From: Gammaproteobacteria bacterium
GTDB lineage: Bacteria > Pseudomonadota > Gammaproteobacteria > Francisellales > CACEW01
DNA length: 64,000 bases
Assembly: GCA_020050355.1 (NCBI GenBank)
Contig: JAGVKT010000036.1
Coordinates: forward strand, 1,115 to 65,114
Direction: 5' to 3'
Made by a program: the position numbers and the translations under genes
In this document: one piece after another, positions 46,545 through 56,994 of the stretch
Position numbering within the stretch: the stretch's first letter is position 1
Layout: each line of letters begins with the position of its first letter
Notes under the pieces: model-generated
The model's input: the letters and a program-made list of their open reading frames with translations, nothing else
Databases searched by the model: none
What the model was told of the DNA's origin: nothing

Positions 46545-47159
46545 ATGCCTTGGCAAGAATTCATTTATGGATTATTACTAGGATATGGCGCTGCGATTCC
46601 TTTAGGTCCGATGAATTTAGAAATGTTTCGCCGTAATTTTCTTTACAGCACCAAAGTAGGCATGAGTTTTGGGCTGGGGGCCTGTCTAGTAGATGCGACC
46701 TGCATTATCCTTTTGGGTTTTGGTCTATTAACATTTTTAACTGAAGGAATTTTATTGCGCATGATTAGTTTTGCCGGCGGCTTGATTTTATTTTGGTTTG
46801 CTTATAAAGCTTGGACAGCAACACAAACAGATCTTAAATTACAACACCAGCCCCTAGCTAAGGCTCTATGGCGCCATATTTTAGAAGGTTATCTGATGAC
46901 TGCGGTAAATCCATTCACTTTAATATTTTGGGCTTCAGCCAGTCCACAGATTGTCATCGTCGCAGCAGATAATGTTCATGCCTTTTGGGCAGCCGTTTTT
47001 GGCGTGCTAGTAGCAACTGTTACTTGGGTGCTCGGTGCAAATATTTTGCTATCTTTGATGCGCCATAAAATAACAAAAAAAATTATGGATTTCTTTAATA
47101 AATTTGGCGCGATATTATTAGCCATTTTTGGTATGTGTCAATTGTACCTCGCAATATAA
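46545..47159 (+). CDS. LysE/ArgO-family amino-acid exporter
   Basis: About 6 TM; N-terminal GAAIPLGPMN motif. Confidence 0.65.
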   Translation: MPWQEFIYGLLLGYGAAIPLGPMNLEMFRRNFLYSTKVGMSFGLGACLVDATCIILLGFGLLTFLTEGILLRMISFAGGLILFWFAYKAWTATQTDLKLQHQPLAKALWRHILEGYLMTAVNPFTLIFWASASPQIVIVAADNVHAFWAAVFGVLVATVTWVLGANILLSLMRHKITKKIMDFFNKFGAILLAIFGMCQLYLAI

Positions 47160-47200
47160 TTTTGACGTTCATGCAGTTATGAGACTTTACAAATGTCTAT

Positions 47201-49477
47201 TTAGTGCGCTTCCACTAAAATTTCGCGCATGCCATTCGATTGAATAGCGCTCACTAAGCCCGCTTTTTCCATATCTTCTAATAAACGTGCTGCACGATTA
47301 TAACCAATGCGTAAACGTCGCTGCACTAAAGAAATTGAAGCGCGTTTTGACTCTAGAACTATTTTTACAGCCTCATCATAAAGCGCATCTCCTTCTGGTG
47401 CGCCTTCACCATTACCGTCACTTTCTTCGCCTTCGAGTTTGTCCGTAGCAACAACGCCATCAAGGTACTGAGGCGCACCACAAGCTTTCCAGGCCTCAAC
47501 AACGCGGTGTACTTCTTGGTCAGAAACATACGCGCCATGAACACGAATAGGATGACCTGAACCTGCAGGTAAATACAGCATATCGCCATGGCCTAATAAT
47601 TGTTCTGCGCCTTGCTGATCTAAAATGGTACGTGAATCAATCCGCGAAGATACCTGAAAAGAAATACGTGTAGGAATATTCGCTTTAATAAGGCCCGTAA
47701 TAACATCAACAGAAGGTCTTTGAGTTGCGAGTATTAAATGAATGCCTGCAGCGCGGGCTTTTTGGGCAATACGTGTAATCAGCTCTTCAACTTTTTTGCC
47801 CACCACCATCATCATATCAGCGAATTCATCGACAATGACGACAATATAAGGCAAGGGTTCTAATTGCGGGCATTCATTGGCACGCCCTGGATTAAGTTGC
47901 AACCAAAGTGGATCTTTAATGGGACTGCCTTTTTTAATGGCTGCATTAACAGCGTCATTAAAGCCAGAGATATTACGAACACCTAAAGCAGCCATGAGGC
48001 GATAGCGCCGATCCATTTCTTTGACAGACCAGCGTAAAGCATTTGCAGCTTCTTTCATATCTGTGACAACAGGGGTTAATAAATGAGGAATACCCTCGTA
48101 AATAGACAGTTCTAACATTTTAGGATCAATCATAATGAGGCGCAATTCTTCTGGCTTTGATTTTAGAATCATGCTTAAAATCATTGCATTGATACCAACA
48201 GATTTACCTGAGCCGGTAGTTCCTGCAACCAATAAATGTGGCATTTTAGCAAGATCAACTACTTCAGGTACCCCACCAATATCTTTGCCTAAACCCATCG
48301 CCACAGGTGATTTGCTCTCACGAAATTTTTCTGAATCAAGAACTTCGCGTAAGCGTACCATCTCGCGTTTGTTATTGGGTAATTCAATACCTACATAAGC
48401 TTTTCCTGGAATAACCTCAACAATTCTAACACTTGAAACAGATAAAGAACGGGCAAGGTCTCTGTCAATACTAACCAGGCGAGCAGCTTTCACGCCGGGG
48501 GCTAATTGAATTTCATAACGCGTAATGACGGGCCCAGGGCATATTCCTGCAACGCTTGCTTGAATGCCAAAATCAAGTAATTTCTGTTCTACTAAAGTCG
48601 CCATTTGCGTGAGCGCTTCTTTTTTTATTTTGGTGCGATTTTCATCAGGCTCATCTAGAAGGTCGACGGTAGGGATTTCACCTGTGGTTGGAACGCGAGC
48701 AGGGGGTTTAGCTTTAATTACAGGGCGCGAAGTGATTTCTTTTTTAGGAAGAATTTTGGGGAGTTCTACTACTCGTGTTTCTTCTGGTTCAGGAGGTAGT
48801 TCAACCGCAGGTGGTAGCGGCTCAGGAGTATGATCAGCAGGAGCTTTAAAATAAAAAAGTGAAACCACAAAGCCAACAGTATTTTTGAAAAATTGCGCCA
48901 GCAAGAGTGCAATAGTTTTAAAATGTTTTAGCCAAATTTTTCCAGAAAATAAAGTCAGGCCTAAACAAAACAACATAATTTCTATCAGCAAGCTACCAGT
49001 AAGATTAAACAAAGGCACCAAAAAATTAGGCGCAATAAAGCCAACAACACCTCCCGGTCCATCCAAATAAGGCCAGCTGGAGCGATCTAAAATTAAGGTG
49101 AACAAGCCACTCAATGCGATTAAAATTAACAACCAACCCATAAAACGTAAAATGCTCAACAGTCTAGAGGGTTCATCTTCTTCGATATGGAGTTCCATCC
49201 AATGAATATAGGTATAATAAAATAACGACAGCGGAAGTGCATAAGCGCCAAGACCCAAAAGAGAAAATAAAATATCAGCACACCAAGCACCCACAAGCCC
49301 ACCTTGGTTGTGAATGATTTTAGCAGTATGTAAAAATGTAGGATCAATTAAGCTGTAACTACTAAGAATCAATAAAAAATAAACCCCAAGGCAAGCATAG
49401 ATTACCAGAGTCGTCTGTTGCAGTCGTAAACTCAAGATACGCGGCGGTGCATTTTTTTTGGCTTTTCTTTTGGCCAT
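47201..49477 (-). CDS. ftsK: DNA translocase FtsK
   Basis: N-terminal TM domain, Pro-rich linker, Walker A GTTGSGKS, Walker [11 protein letters not shown], gamma domain [19 protein letters not shown]. Confidence 0.93.
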   Translation of the reverse strand: MAKRKAKKNAPPRILSLRLQQTTLVIYACLGVYFLLILSSYSLIDPTFLHTAKIIHNQGGLVGAWCADILFSLLGLGAYALPLSLFYYTYIHWMELHIEEDEPSRLLSILRFMGWLLILIALSGLFTLILDRSSWPYLDGPGGVVGFIAPNFLVPLFNLTGSLLIEIMLFCLGLTLFSGKIWLKHFKTIALLLAQFFKNTVGFVVSLFYFKAPADHTPEPLPPAVELPPEPEETRVVELPKILPKKEITSRPVIKAKPPARVPTTGEIPTVDLLDEPDENRTKIKKEALTQMATLVEQKLLDFGIQASVAGICPGPVITRYEIQLAPGVKAARLVSIDRDLARSLSVSSVRIVEVIPGKAYVGIELPNNKREMVRLREVLDSEKFRESKSPVAMGLGKDIGGVPEVVDLAKMPHLLVAGTTGSGKSVGINAMILSMILKSKPEELRLIMIDPKMLELSIYEGIPHLLTPVVTDMKEAANALRWSVKEMDRRYRLMAALGVRNISGFNDAVNAAIKKGSPIKDPLWLQLNPGRANECPQLEPLPYIVVIVDEFADMMMVVGKKVEELITRIAQKARAAGIHLILATQRPSVDVITGLIKANIPTRISFQVSSRIDSRTILDQQGAEQLLGHGDMLYLPAGSGHPIRVHGAYVSDQEVHRVVEAWKACGAPQYLDGVVATDKLEGEESDGNGEGAPEGDALYDEAVKIVLESKRASISLVQRRLRIGYNRAARLLEDMEKAGLVSAIQSNGMREILVEAH

Positions 49478-49545
49478 AAAATTAAACCATTTAAATGGGT
49501 GCAGTCATTGTATAAAATTACGAGAAAAAAAACATTAATGTCGCA

Positions 49546-49884
49546 CACATTTGCAGCAAGATGGGTATATACCAAACGCAGTTCAAGATGCGAAGGTATA
49601 GAAAAAATTAATGTAAAAATTTCACTGTTTATTCCAAAATCGAATGCCATGCTGTAGGGGCGTAGCCTTGCTACGCCCGGCGCAGCAAAGGCATTAACAT
49701 GAAGAAGCAAGGCCTGCTTAATAAAAAAATCATCATTGCTTATGAGCTTCAAAGTCCTGTAGTTACCGGGCATTAACCTTGCTACGCCCCTACAGCATGG
49801 CTTTTATGCTACAGGGACAAACAGTGAGAACTTAACGCTAAGTAAAAACTTCGCATTTTGAAGTACAATGGGTATAGAATCAAG
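49546..49884 (+). repeat. MITE-like nested-palindromic element, full copy (A)
   Basis: Aligns along its length to 60398-60737. It has long inverted arms (AAAATTTCACTGTTT / AAACAGTGA...), GGGCGTAGC-loop-GCTACGCCC hairpins and a conserved ~90-bp centre. Confidence 0.75.
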
Positions 49885-49930
49885 AACCAGAATTAGATAA
49901 AATGGCGCACCTACTTTAAAAGTCAATATA

Positions 49931-50236
49931 ATGAATACTTTAACGATCAAGCCGGAGACATTGCGCAAGATGATTGCTGAAAAGCCACATGAGTTGTTTA
50001 TTTTAGATGTGCGCAATCCTTCAGAATATAGAGAATATAATATTAATGGCTATTTGATTCCTTTTATGGATTTACCAGCGCGCCTGCATGAATTACCAAC
50101 AGTCAAAGACACTTTTATTGTAGTTCATTGTCAACATGGCGTGCGCAGTCATCATGCCGTTGAATTTTTACGACACGAGGGCTATCTCAATAGTTATAGT
50201 TTAGAAGGGGGCATTGAAGCCTTTAGAAATTTATGA
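49931..50236 (+). CDS. Rhodanese-domain protein
   Basis: Active-site loop HCQHGVRS. Confidence 0.75.
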   Translation: MNTLTIKPETLRKMIAEKPHELFILDVRNPSEYREYNINGYLIPFMDLPARLHELPTVKDTFIVVHCQHGVRSHHAVEFLRHEGYLNSYSLEGGIEAFRNL

Positions 50237-50880
50237 AAGTAGATCCTGGATTGGTGAATGATGTGCTCATTGAAAGTTATGCCAAAGAGATGAGTAGTAA
50301 AGATTCATTAATAATACAAGCGTTGATTAAAGAAACTGAAATTAAATCTTCACAAGCACATATGATAAGCGGACCTCTAGTCACGCGTTTATTGCAAATT
50401 TTAATAAAACTAAGTCAAGCGCAGCAGGTTTTGGATATAGGCACTTTCACTGGTTATTCTGCTTTGAGCATGGCTGAGAGTTTACCCGAACACGGTAAGG
50501 TTTATACCTGCGATCAAGATCTAGAGATCTTAAAAATGGCTAAAGGTTTTTTTGCTCAAAGTATTCATGGACATAAAATAAAAGTTATTGAGAGCGATGC
50601 ATTAGAGTTTTTGACAAACACAAAAGACAAGTTTGAATTAATTTTTTTAGATGCCGATAAGCATCGTTTAAAGGAATATTATGAAGCAGCGCTAAAGAAA
50701 TTACCCGCGAGAGGTTTATTAGTCATCGATGATGTTCTTTGGCGCAAAGAAGTGCTTGAGCCTAAAACAGCACGGGCAAAGTTGATTGATGAGTTCAATC
50801 AATATATTACTGAGGATACGCGCGTAATGAATGTACTGTTACCTATACGTCATGGGATACAGGTTGTTATGAAATCCTAG
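50233..50880 (+). CDS. Class I SAM-dependent O-methyltransferase (family 3, caffeoyl-CoA OMT-like)
   Basis: VLDIGTFTGYSAL, FLDADK. Confidence 0.7.
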   Translation: MKVDPGLVNDVLIESYAKEMSSKDSLIIQALIKETEIKSSQAHMISGPLVTRLLQILIKLSQAQQVLDIGTFTGYSALSMAESLPEHGKVYTCDQDLEILKMAKGFFAQSIHGHKIKVIESDALEFLTNTKDKFELIFLDADKHRLKEYYEAALKKLPARGLLVIDDVLWRKEVLEPKTARAKLIDEFNQYITEDTRVMNVLLPIRHGIQVVMKS

Positions 50881-50951
50881 TGCTGATACGCTTTGTAAAA
50901 ATCTTCGCATTTTGAGGTATAATTCCCCAAAAGTAATTAAGATCAAGATTA

Positions 50952-52298
50952 ATGACAAGCATAGCAAAGCGTAAATATTTTGGTACCGATGGTATTCGCG
51001 GCACTGTCGGCCAATTTCCAATCACACCTGAATTTGCAATGAAATTGGGCTGGGCGGTAGGAAAAGCCTTAGCACACGAAGGTGCCAAGGTGATTATTGG
51101 TAAAGATACACGCCTTTCTGGTTACATGTTTGAGTCTGCCTTAGAAGCAGGATTTTGCGCCGCGGGCATGGATGTTTATTTGTTAGGACCATTGCCTACT
51201 CCAGGAGTAGCTTATTTAACTCGAACTTTACGTGCGGATTTAGGGGTCATGATCACTGCATCACATAATCCCCATTTTGATAACGGCATTAAGTTTTTCT
51301 CAAAGGCTGGCGCTAAGCTTTCTGATGAAACAGAAATGCGCGTTGAAAAATATTTAGAGGCCGAATTCAAATTAGTCAAACCAGAAAACATCGGCAAAGT
51401 GAAAAGAATTGAAGATGGCCCCGGGCGATATATCGAATTTTGTAAGGCAAGCCTCACTCCATTTCAGCAGTTATCACGCTTAAAAGTAGTGATTGATTGC
51501 GCCAATGGTGCCACCTATCACATTGCCCCCAATGTGTTGCGTGAGTTAGGTGCTGAGGTAATTACCATTAATGATGAACCTGACGGTATTAATATCAATA
51601 TGCAATGTGGATCAACGGAGCCAGAGGCATTAGCGCAGGCCGTAGTGCAGCATGAAGCAGATGTTGGAGTTGCTTTTGATGGTGATGGTGATCGGGTTGT
51701 GATGAGCGATCATTTGGGCAATATTATTAATGGCGATCAAATTTTATATTTGATTGCTTTAGATTCAGCAAAAAGAGGCAAGTTAAATGGTGGTGGCGTA
51801 GTCGGTACTTTAATGAGTAATCTTAGCTTAGAGCAAGCTTTAGCAAAAAAAGATATTCAATTTGTGCGCACTCAAGTCGGTGATCGCTATGTGATGGAAA
51901 TGCTCCAACAAAAAAATTGGCATTTAGGCGGCGAGCCTTCAGGTCACATTATTTGGTTAAATTCAACCACGACAGGTGATGGCATTGTTGCGGCGTTACA
52001 AGTATTAGCATTAATGCAAAATACCAAAAAAAATCTCCCTGAGCTGCTTGAAGACCTTACATTATTTCCACAGCTCATGCATAACATAAAGTTGACCAAA
52101 AATTTAACTAAAACACAATGGCAAAAAATTACTGAAGAAGTAAAAAATGTAGAAAACAAATTACAAGATAAAGGCCGAGTACTGGTGCGCCCTTCTGGCA
52201 CAGAACCTTTAATCAGGGTAATGGTAGAGGGCAAAAATAGCAATGAAGTAAAAAAATATGTAAATCATTTAGCAAGCTTCATCGAAAAATTAATCTAA
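50952..52298 (+). CDS. glmM: Phosphoglucosamine mutase
   Basis: GTDGIRG, active-site TASHNP, DGDGDR. Confidence 0.93.
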   Translation: MTSIAKRKYFGTDGIRGTVGQFPITPEFAMKLGWAVGKALAHEGAKVIIGKDTRLSGYMFESALEAGFCAAGMDVYLLGPLPTPGVAYLTRTLRADLGVMITASHNPHFDNGIKFFSKAGAKLSDETEMRVEKYLEAEFKLVKPENIGKVKRIEDGPGRYIEFCKASLTPFQQLSRLKVVIDCANGATYHIAPNVLRELGAEVITINDEPDGININMQCGSTEPEALAQAVVQHEADVGVAFDGDGDRVVMSDHLGNIINGDQILYLIALDSAKRGKLNGGGVVGTLMSNLSLEQALAKKDIQFVRTQVGDRYVMEMLQQKNWHLGGEPSGHIIWLNSTTTGDGIVAALQVLALMQNTKKNLPELLEDLTLFPQLMHNIKLTKNLTKTQWQKITEEVKNVENKLQDKGRVLVRPSGTEPLIRVMVEGKNSNEVKKYVNHLASFIEKLI

Positions 52299-52312
52299 AA
52301 GAGGACAAACAT

Positions 52313-53323
52313 ATGTGGTTTAAAAACTTACAAATTTTCAAGTTCAGTGAGAAATTTACAACAACAGCAGAAGAGCTCGCAGCACAACTAAAAGAAAAAC
52401 GCTTTTTGCCCTGTAAGAGTGTTGATGCGTTAAGCATGGGTTGGGTCGCACCACAAAACATTCCTGATGCGCCTTTAGTCTATGCCGCCAATGGCTTTTT
52501 ATTAGTATGCTTACAAAAAGAAGAAAAATTAGTTCCAGGAAGTGTGGTCAAGCAAATGCTTGATGAGCGCATCGCTGAGATTGAACAAAAACAAGGACGG
52601 CACGTCGGTAAAAATGAAAAAAATACTTTAAAAGAGGATATCTATCATCAATTAGTCATGCGCGCTTTCTCAAAAACAAGTCGCAACTATGCCTATATCG
52701 ATACGCTTGATAATTATTTGGTGGTAAATGCAGCATCACATAGTAAAGCAGAAGAGCTTACCGTGTTTTTAAGAAATACCATTGGTAGTTTAAAAATTGA
52801 AGTACCTAAATTACAAACACTAACTATGATTTTGACGCATTGGTTAAAGACCAATGAATACCCAGCAGAGTTTGCCATTACTGATCATTGTGTCATGACC
52901 AATCCTAAAGAGCGTGGTGTTATTCGGTGTCAACGACAAAATCTTTTTGGTGAAGATATTATTTCTCTATTAGAAGAGGGCCGCTTTATTTCACAATTAG
53001 GATTATCATGGAGTGAGAACTTAAGCTTTACTATCAAAGATGACTTTTCTATTAAGTCTATAAAATTTTTAGAATTGATTCAGGATCAAGCAAAAGATGT
53101 TTTTACTGAAACGCCTGCTGAGCGTTTTGCCGCTGACTTTAATATTATGGCTGAAAGTTTACGACAGTTTGTCAGAGCCTTGATGCTTGAATTTAGTGCA
53201 CAGCAAAAAGAAAAACAATATAAAAAAGACATCGAAAATCGAGAAGCGGAAGAAGATAATATTCCCATGACTGAGCCACCAATGTCAGAAGTAGAAAATC
53301 ACGTTGAAATGGAGAGCATATAA
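52313..53323 (+). CDS. rdgC: Recombination-associated protein RdgC
   Basis: Characteristic N-terminus MWFKNLQIFKF; 336 aa with an acidic C-terminal extension. Confidence 0.85.
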   Translation: MWFKNLQIFKFSEKFTTTAEELAAQLKEKRFLPCKSVDALSMGWVAPQNIPDAPLVYAANGFLLVCLQKEEKLVPGSVVKQMLDERIAEIEQKQGRHVGKNEKNTLKEDIYHQLVMRAFSKTSRNYAYIDTLDNYLVVNAASHSKAEELTVFLRNTIGSLKIEVPKLQTLTMILTHWLKTNEYPAEFAITDHCVMTNPKERGVIRCQRQNLFGEDIISLLEEGRFISQLGLSWSENLSFTIKDDFSIKSIKFLELIQDQAKDVFTETPAERFAADFNIMAESLRQFVRALMLEFSAQQKEKQYKKDIENREAEEDNIPMTEPPMSEVENHVEMESI

Positions 53324-53851
53324 GTGTTAGGTGCAATTAGTTTAAAAGAGATGACGCCCGAAGAAGTAAAAGAATATATGGAATTTTCACAGCGTGAATA
53401 TGCACAAGGCATGTTAAATCAAGGGGAGTATCCCGATTATGAAACTTCTTTGCGAGCAGCTATTAACGAAATTAGTTATTATTATAATAATTCATTACCC
53501 GGTGAAATCCATTATGCGTATCACATCATCAATGCTAAAACTAAAGAGCATGTAGGCATGTTAGCCTTTTCAATTTTAATGCGTCGTGAAAACAAAATAC
53601 CTTTTATTTTTGTAGATTATATCAGCGTTTTTCCAGATTTTCGTCGTCAAGGCTATGCGCGTTATGCTATGCAGTGGCTAGAACAATGGACCAGAAATCA
53701 TGATCACAAAACAATTGAGTTAAATGTCATGAAACATCGTCGCGGTGCTTTGCAATTATATAAGTCTTTAGGCTATGAAATTTTTCAAGAGCGCGCTTTA
53801 GGATTGTCAAAAATTCCTGGCCGTTTTGATATGCGCAAAGAGTTAAAATAA
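53324..53851 (+). CDS. GNAT-family N-acetyltransferase
   Basis: RRQGYARYAM acetyl-CoA motif; GTG start. Confidence 0.7.
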   Translation: MLGAISLKEMTPEEVKEYMEFSQREYAQGMLNQGEYPDYETSLRAAINEISYYYNNSLPGEIHYAYHIINAKTKEHVGMLAFSILMRRENKIPFIFVDYISVFPDFRRQGYARYAMQWLEQWTRNHDHKTIELNVMKHRRGALQLYKSLGYEIFQERALGLSKIPGRFDMRKELK

Positions 53852-53855
53852 GCCA

Positions 53856-54527
53856 GTGCAAATATTGTCCGATCTACAAGCTCAAGTTATAAAGGCAGCA
53901 GCCGAAGCTAAACGAGCGCCTGCCGAAATTACTATAATTGCAGTGAGCAAAAGTAAGCCTATTGAACAAATGCTGCCTGTTATTGCTGCGGGCCAAAAAG
54001 ATTTTGGTGAAAATTATCTCCAAGAAGCGGTAGAAAAAATAATTGCATTACAAAATAAAAAATTGATATGGCATTATTTAGGAAGGTTACAAACTAATAA
54101 AATAAAAAGCATTGTCAAATATTTTGATTACGTTCATTCCGTAGCTTCTTTAAAACAGGCGCAAGCGCTGTCTAAAGAATGTATAGCGCAGCAAAAAATC
54201 ATGCCTATATTGTTACAAGTAAATTTTGATAAAGAAGCAACAAAGCAAGGTTTTATCCCAGAAGCGTTAACAACAGAAATTCAAGTAATCGCTCGGTTGC
54301 CAGCATTAAGATTATTAGGATTAATGTTAATCCCCAAGCCTGGCATTGCCGAAACAATACGCACAACTTTTGCAGAATTTCGTGATTATCGTGATCATTT
54401 AAGTAAAGAAAGCAATATATTGTTACCGCATCTGTCCATGGGAATGTCTGAAGATTTTATGAGCGCTATTTTAGAAGGTGCGACTTTTATAAGAATCGGT
54501 ACTAAAATTTTCGGCATGCGTTTTTGA
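53856..54527 (+). CDS. yggS: PLP homeostasis protein YggS
   Basis: AVSKSKP (PLP Lys), HYLGRLQTNK, LSMGMSEDF. Confidence 0.85.
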   Translation: MQILSDLQAQVIKAAAEAKRAPAEITIIAVSKSKPIEQMLPVIAAGQKDFGENYLQEAVEKIIALQNKKLIWHYLGRLQTNKIKSIVKYFDYVHSVASLKQAQALSKECIAQQKIMPILLQVNFDKEATKQGFIPEALTTEIQVIARLPALRLLGLMLIPKPGIAETIRTTFAEFRDYRDHLSKESNILLPHLSMGMSEDFMSAILEGATFIRIGTKIFGMRF

Positions 54528-54540
54528 TGTAGAATGAACT

Positions 54541-54742
54541 CACATTGAAGTGTTTTGAAGTACGATGGGTATATACGAATCAAAGGAATATGACGCTTAG
54601 TTTTCAAAATCGCAGCATTATCCCGAAGGCGTCACTCTCCCCCGCAGGCGTCATCCTCTGAAAATTGCTTGCAAAAGCTGCGATCAAGGTCAAGAGCATG
54701 CAAGCAATTTTGCAGAGGATGACGCCTGCGGGCGGGGGGGGG
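54541..54742 (+). repeat. MITE-related element variant (C) with a 33-bp-arm hairpin and a G9 tract
   Basis: The left module CACATTGAAGT...GATGGGTATATACGAATCAAA is shared with copies A and D. Arms at 54641-54673 and 54699-54732 are complementary except for one extra base. The G run lies at 54734-54742. Confidence 0.7.
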
Positions 54743-54780
54743 TAATTGTTAAAGCGCATGTCTGCTCCTGTAAAATTAAG

Positions 54781-56340
54781 TCAAGGTCCTAAGTGAGATA
54801 CATACAAGCCCAAGCATAGACCAATAATTAAAGTAATTATTGGTAATAAAATTAACCATTTTAATTGGCTAAATTTAGGTTCATTTATGTTTTTTGTAGG
54901 TGGTGTAGGATGCGCTTTTTGTTTTAGTACTTGATAAAGCAAGCCAGGCAGTTCAGGGAGCTTATCAATAATTAAAGGCAGTTCTTTACGAAAAGCACGC
55001 GTAATGCTTCGGATTCCTACTTGGTGTTTCATCCAGCGCGCTAGAATAGGGCGGGCAATAGCCCAAATATTAATATTAGGATCAAGATTCTTAACTACAC
55101 CTTCAATGCTAATCAGCGATTTTTGTAGCAATAGCATCTCTGGCATCACTTCCATGTTAAATTGCCGTGCAATCAATAATAATCGAAATAACGTCTGTCC
55201 GATAGAAATATGTTGTTGCGGCAATTCAAAGATAGGCTCACACACTGAGCGAATAGCCGCCTCTAATATATCAACGCGAACCTCATTAGGAACCCATCCT
55301 GATTCTAAGTGCAATTCTGCTACACGCCGATAATCACGGTCAATAAACGCCAAAAAATTCGCAGCTAAATAACGCTGATTTTCTTTGCTTAAAGTTCCTA
55401 CAATACCAAAGTCAACAAGCATCCATTCTGGTGTTGCAACGTTTGCAGGATTGATAAATAAATTACCAGGATGCAAGTCTGCATGAAAAAAAGAATCTTC
55501 AAAAACTTGCGTATAAAATAAAGTTAAACCTTTTTCACCCACAGTTTTTAAATCAAAACCGCGGCGTAGTAATTCTTCTTTATTCAAAATAGGAATGCCA
55601 TAAATGCGTTCCATCACCAAAACATTTTTGCGGCAGTAGCGCCAATATACTTGAGGAATATGCAGGCCCGTACGGTGACTGAAGTTACGTTTGAGTTGCG
55701 AAGCATTAGCCGCTTCTTTAATAAGATCAAGTTCATCATTTAAGGTGCGTTCTAATTCAAGAACGATCGATTTTAAATTAAAGCGCTGTAAAGTTTTTGA
55801 AAATAGCTCTAACCAGAATGCTCCCCAACGTAATATCGCTAAATCTTGTGATACCTCTTCATGAACATTAGGGCGCAATACTTTAACAATAACGTCTTCA
55901 CCACTGGGTAAGGTAGCAGCATAAACTTGTGCAATTGAGGCAGAAGCAAGTGGCGTTGGATTAAAATTTGCAAAAATTTGGGTTAATGGCCCATCAAGAG
56001 CTGTTTCAATCAATGCTTGAGCTTCAAAGGTATTAAAAGCTTTGACCTGATCTTGTAATTTACTTAAAGTTAAAACAATATCAGGTGGAAGAACATCGCG
56101 TCGAGTAGAAAGTAATTGCCCCAATTTTACAAAAATAGGCCCGAGCTGTTCTAAAGCCAAGGTAAGGCGTTCACCTCGACTTAATTGTAATTTTCTTAAG
56201 TGCCAATAAAAAGGATTAAACCAAACAATAAATTTAAAGGCCTTTAATAATGGTAAGCGCAATAATGCGCGGTCCAAGCCATATTTCAAAAAGACATAAT
56301 AAATCTTAATAAAACGCAAACTTTGTTTAATAACGCGCAT
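54781..56340 (-). CDS. ubiB: Ubiquinone biosynthesis protein kinase-like UbiB
   Basis: ABC1 motifs SASIAQVY, FHADLHPGNLF, LVDFG; C-terminal TM. Confidence 0.9.
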   Translation of the reverse strand: MRVIKQSLRFIKIYYVFLKYGLDRALLRLPLLKAFKFIVWFNPFYWHLRKLQLSRGERLTLALEQLGPIFVKLGQLLSTRRDVLPPDIVLTLSKLQDQVKAFNTFEAQALIETALDGPLTQIFANFNPTPLASASIAQVYAATLPSGEDVIVKVLRPNVHEEVSQDLAILRWGAFWLELFSKTLQRFNLKSIVLELERTLNDELDLIKEAANASQLKRNFSHRTGLHIPQVYWRYCRKNVLVMERIYGIPILNKEELLRRGFDLKTVGEKGLTLFYTQVFEDSFFHADLHPGNLFINPANVATPEWMLVDFGIVGTLSKENQRYLAANFLAFIDRDYRRVAELHLESGWVPNEVRVDILEAAIRSVCEPIFELPQQHISIGQTLFRLLLIARQFNMEVMPEMLLLQKSLISIEGVVKNLDPNINIWAIARPILARWMKHQVGIRSITRAFRKELPLIIDKLPELPGLLYQVLKQKAHPTPPTKNINEPKFSQLKWLILLPIITLIIGLCLGLYVSHLGP

Positions 56341-56373
56341 TGAAGACCAAATAGTTAAATGATGATAAAAAAC

Positions 56374-56994
56374 CTACCAACCAAAAGTACTGCGTTGTGC
56401 AACTTTGCGAATTTGTTGTTGACCTTGCCACACAATAATTCCGGTCTGAACATTCAGTAATTTCATGGTAATTTGGTAGTAGAGCGATTGCTGATTACTG
56501 TTCATGGCATTGATACTAGCGATGTCGCCATACAACATGTATTGTGCACCTATTTGTTGGCCCAATTTAGCAGCAGTTGCTGGATTAACCATGCCTGATT
56601 TATTTTGATAGTTTAATTGGTTCTTGATGGTATTGACTTTAGTCATATCCACGAATTGGAATTTACCACTTTGAATTAATTCTGTAGTGATCGTATCGGT
56701 AATTGCTTGAGTATCAATAAAATCGCTGGTGCTATTCGTCAAAGTATCTACAAAAAGCACTGGTGTGCTATTTTGCGTAAGTTGAATGATAGGCGGAAAA
56801 CTGAGCATTTGATCTACCATGCTTTTTGCTGTAGTTTGTAAGTCGGTAGAATTAAAACCGATACTGGTAGTATCAACAGTATTAGGATTAACGTAAGTCA
56901 CTGTTGGATTACTGCTGCAGCCATTTACTAACATTGCGCTGCTGATGCATAACATAATAGTTTTAAAGTTCATAAAATTCCTTATTTGTAGCAT
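56374..56994 (-). CDS. lpoB: Penicillin-binding protein activator LpoB (lipoprotein)
   Basis: Lipobox-like LVNGCSS. By-eye alignment to E. coli LpoB over the C-terminal domain (VLFVDTLTN.T, GKFQFV, GAQYMLYG, VQTGIIVWQG). Confidence 0.72.
   Translation of the reverse strand: MLQIRNFMNFKTIMLCISSAMLVNGCSSNPTVTYVNPNTVDTTSIGFNSTDLQTTAKSMVDQMLSFPPIIQLTQNSTPVLFVDTLTNSTSDFIDTQAITDTITTELIQSGKFQFVDMTKVNTIKNQLNYQNKSGMVNPATAAKLGQQIGAQYMLYGDIASINAMNSNQQSLYYQITMKLLNVQTGIIVWQGQQQIRKVAQRSTFGW

Noticed and set aside
49432-49773. 113-aa minus-strand ORF upstream of ftsK
   Set aside because: It lies inside the MITE-like repeat, and the homologous copy at 60398-60737 does not preserve the frame.
49699-49776. 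Small plus-strand ORF in the conserved centre of the repeat element (MKKQGLLNKKIIIAYELQSPVVTGH)
   Set aside because: The second copy (60552-60605) terminates after 17 codons, so length and sequence are not conserved as coding. The conservation is more likely nucleotide-level.
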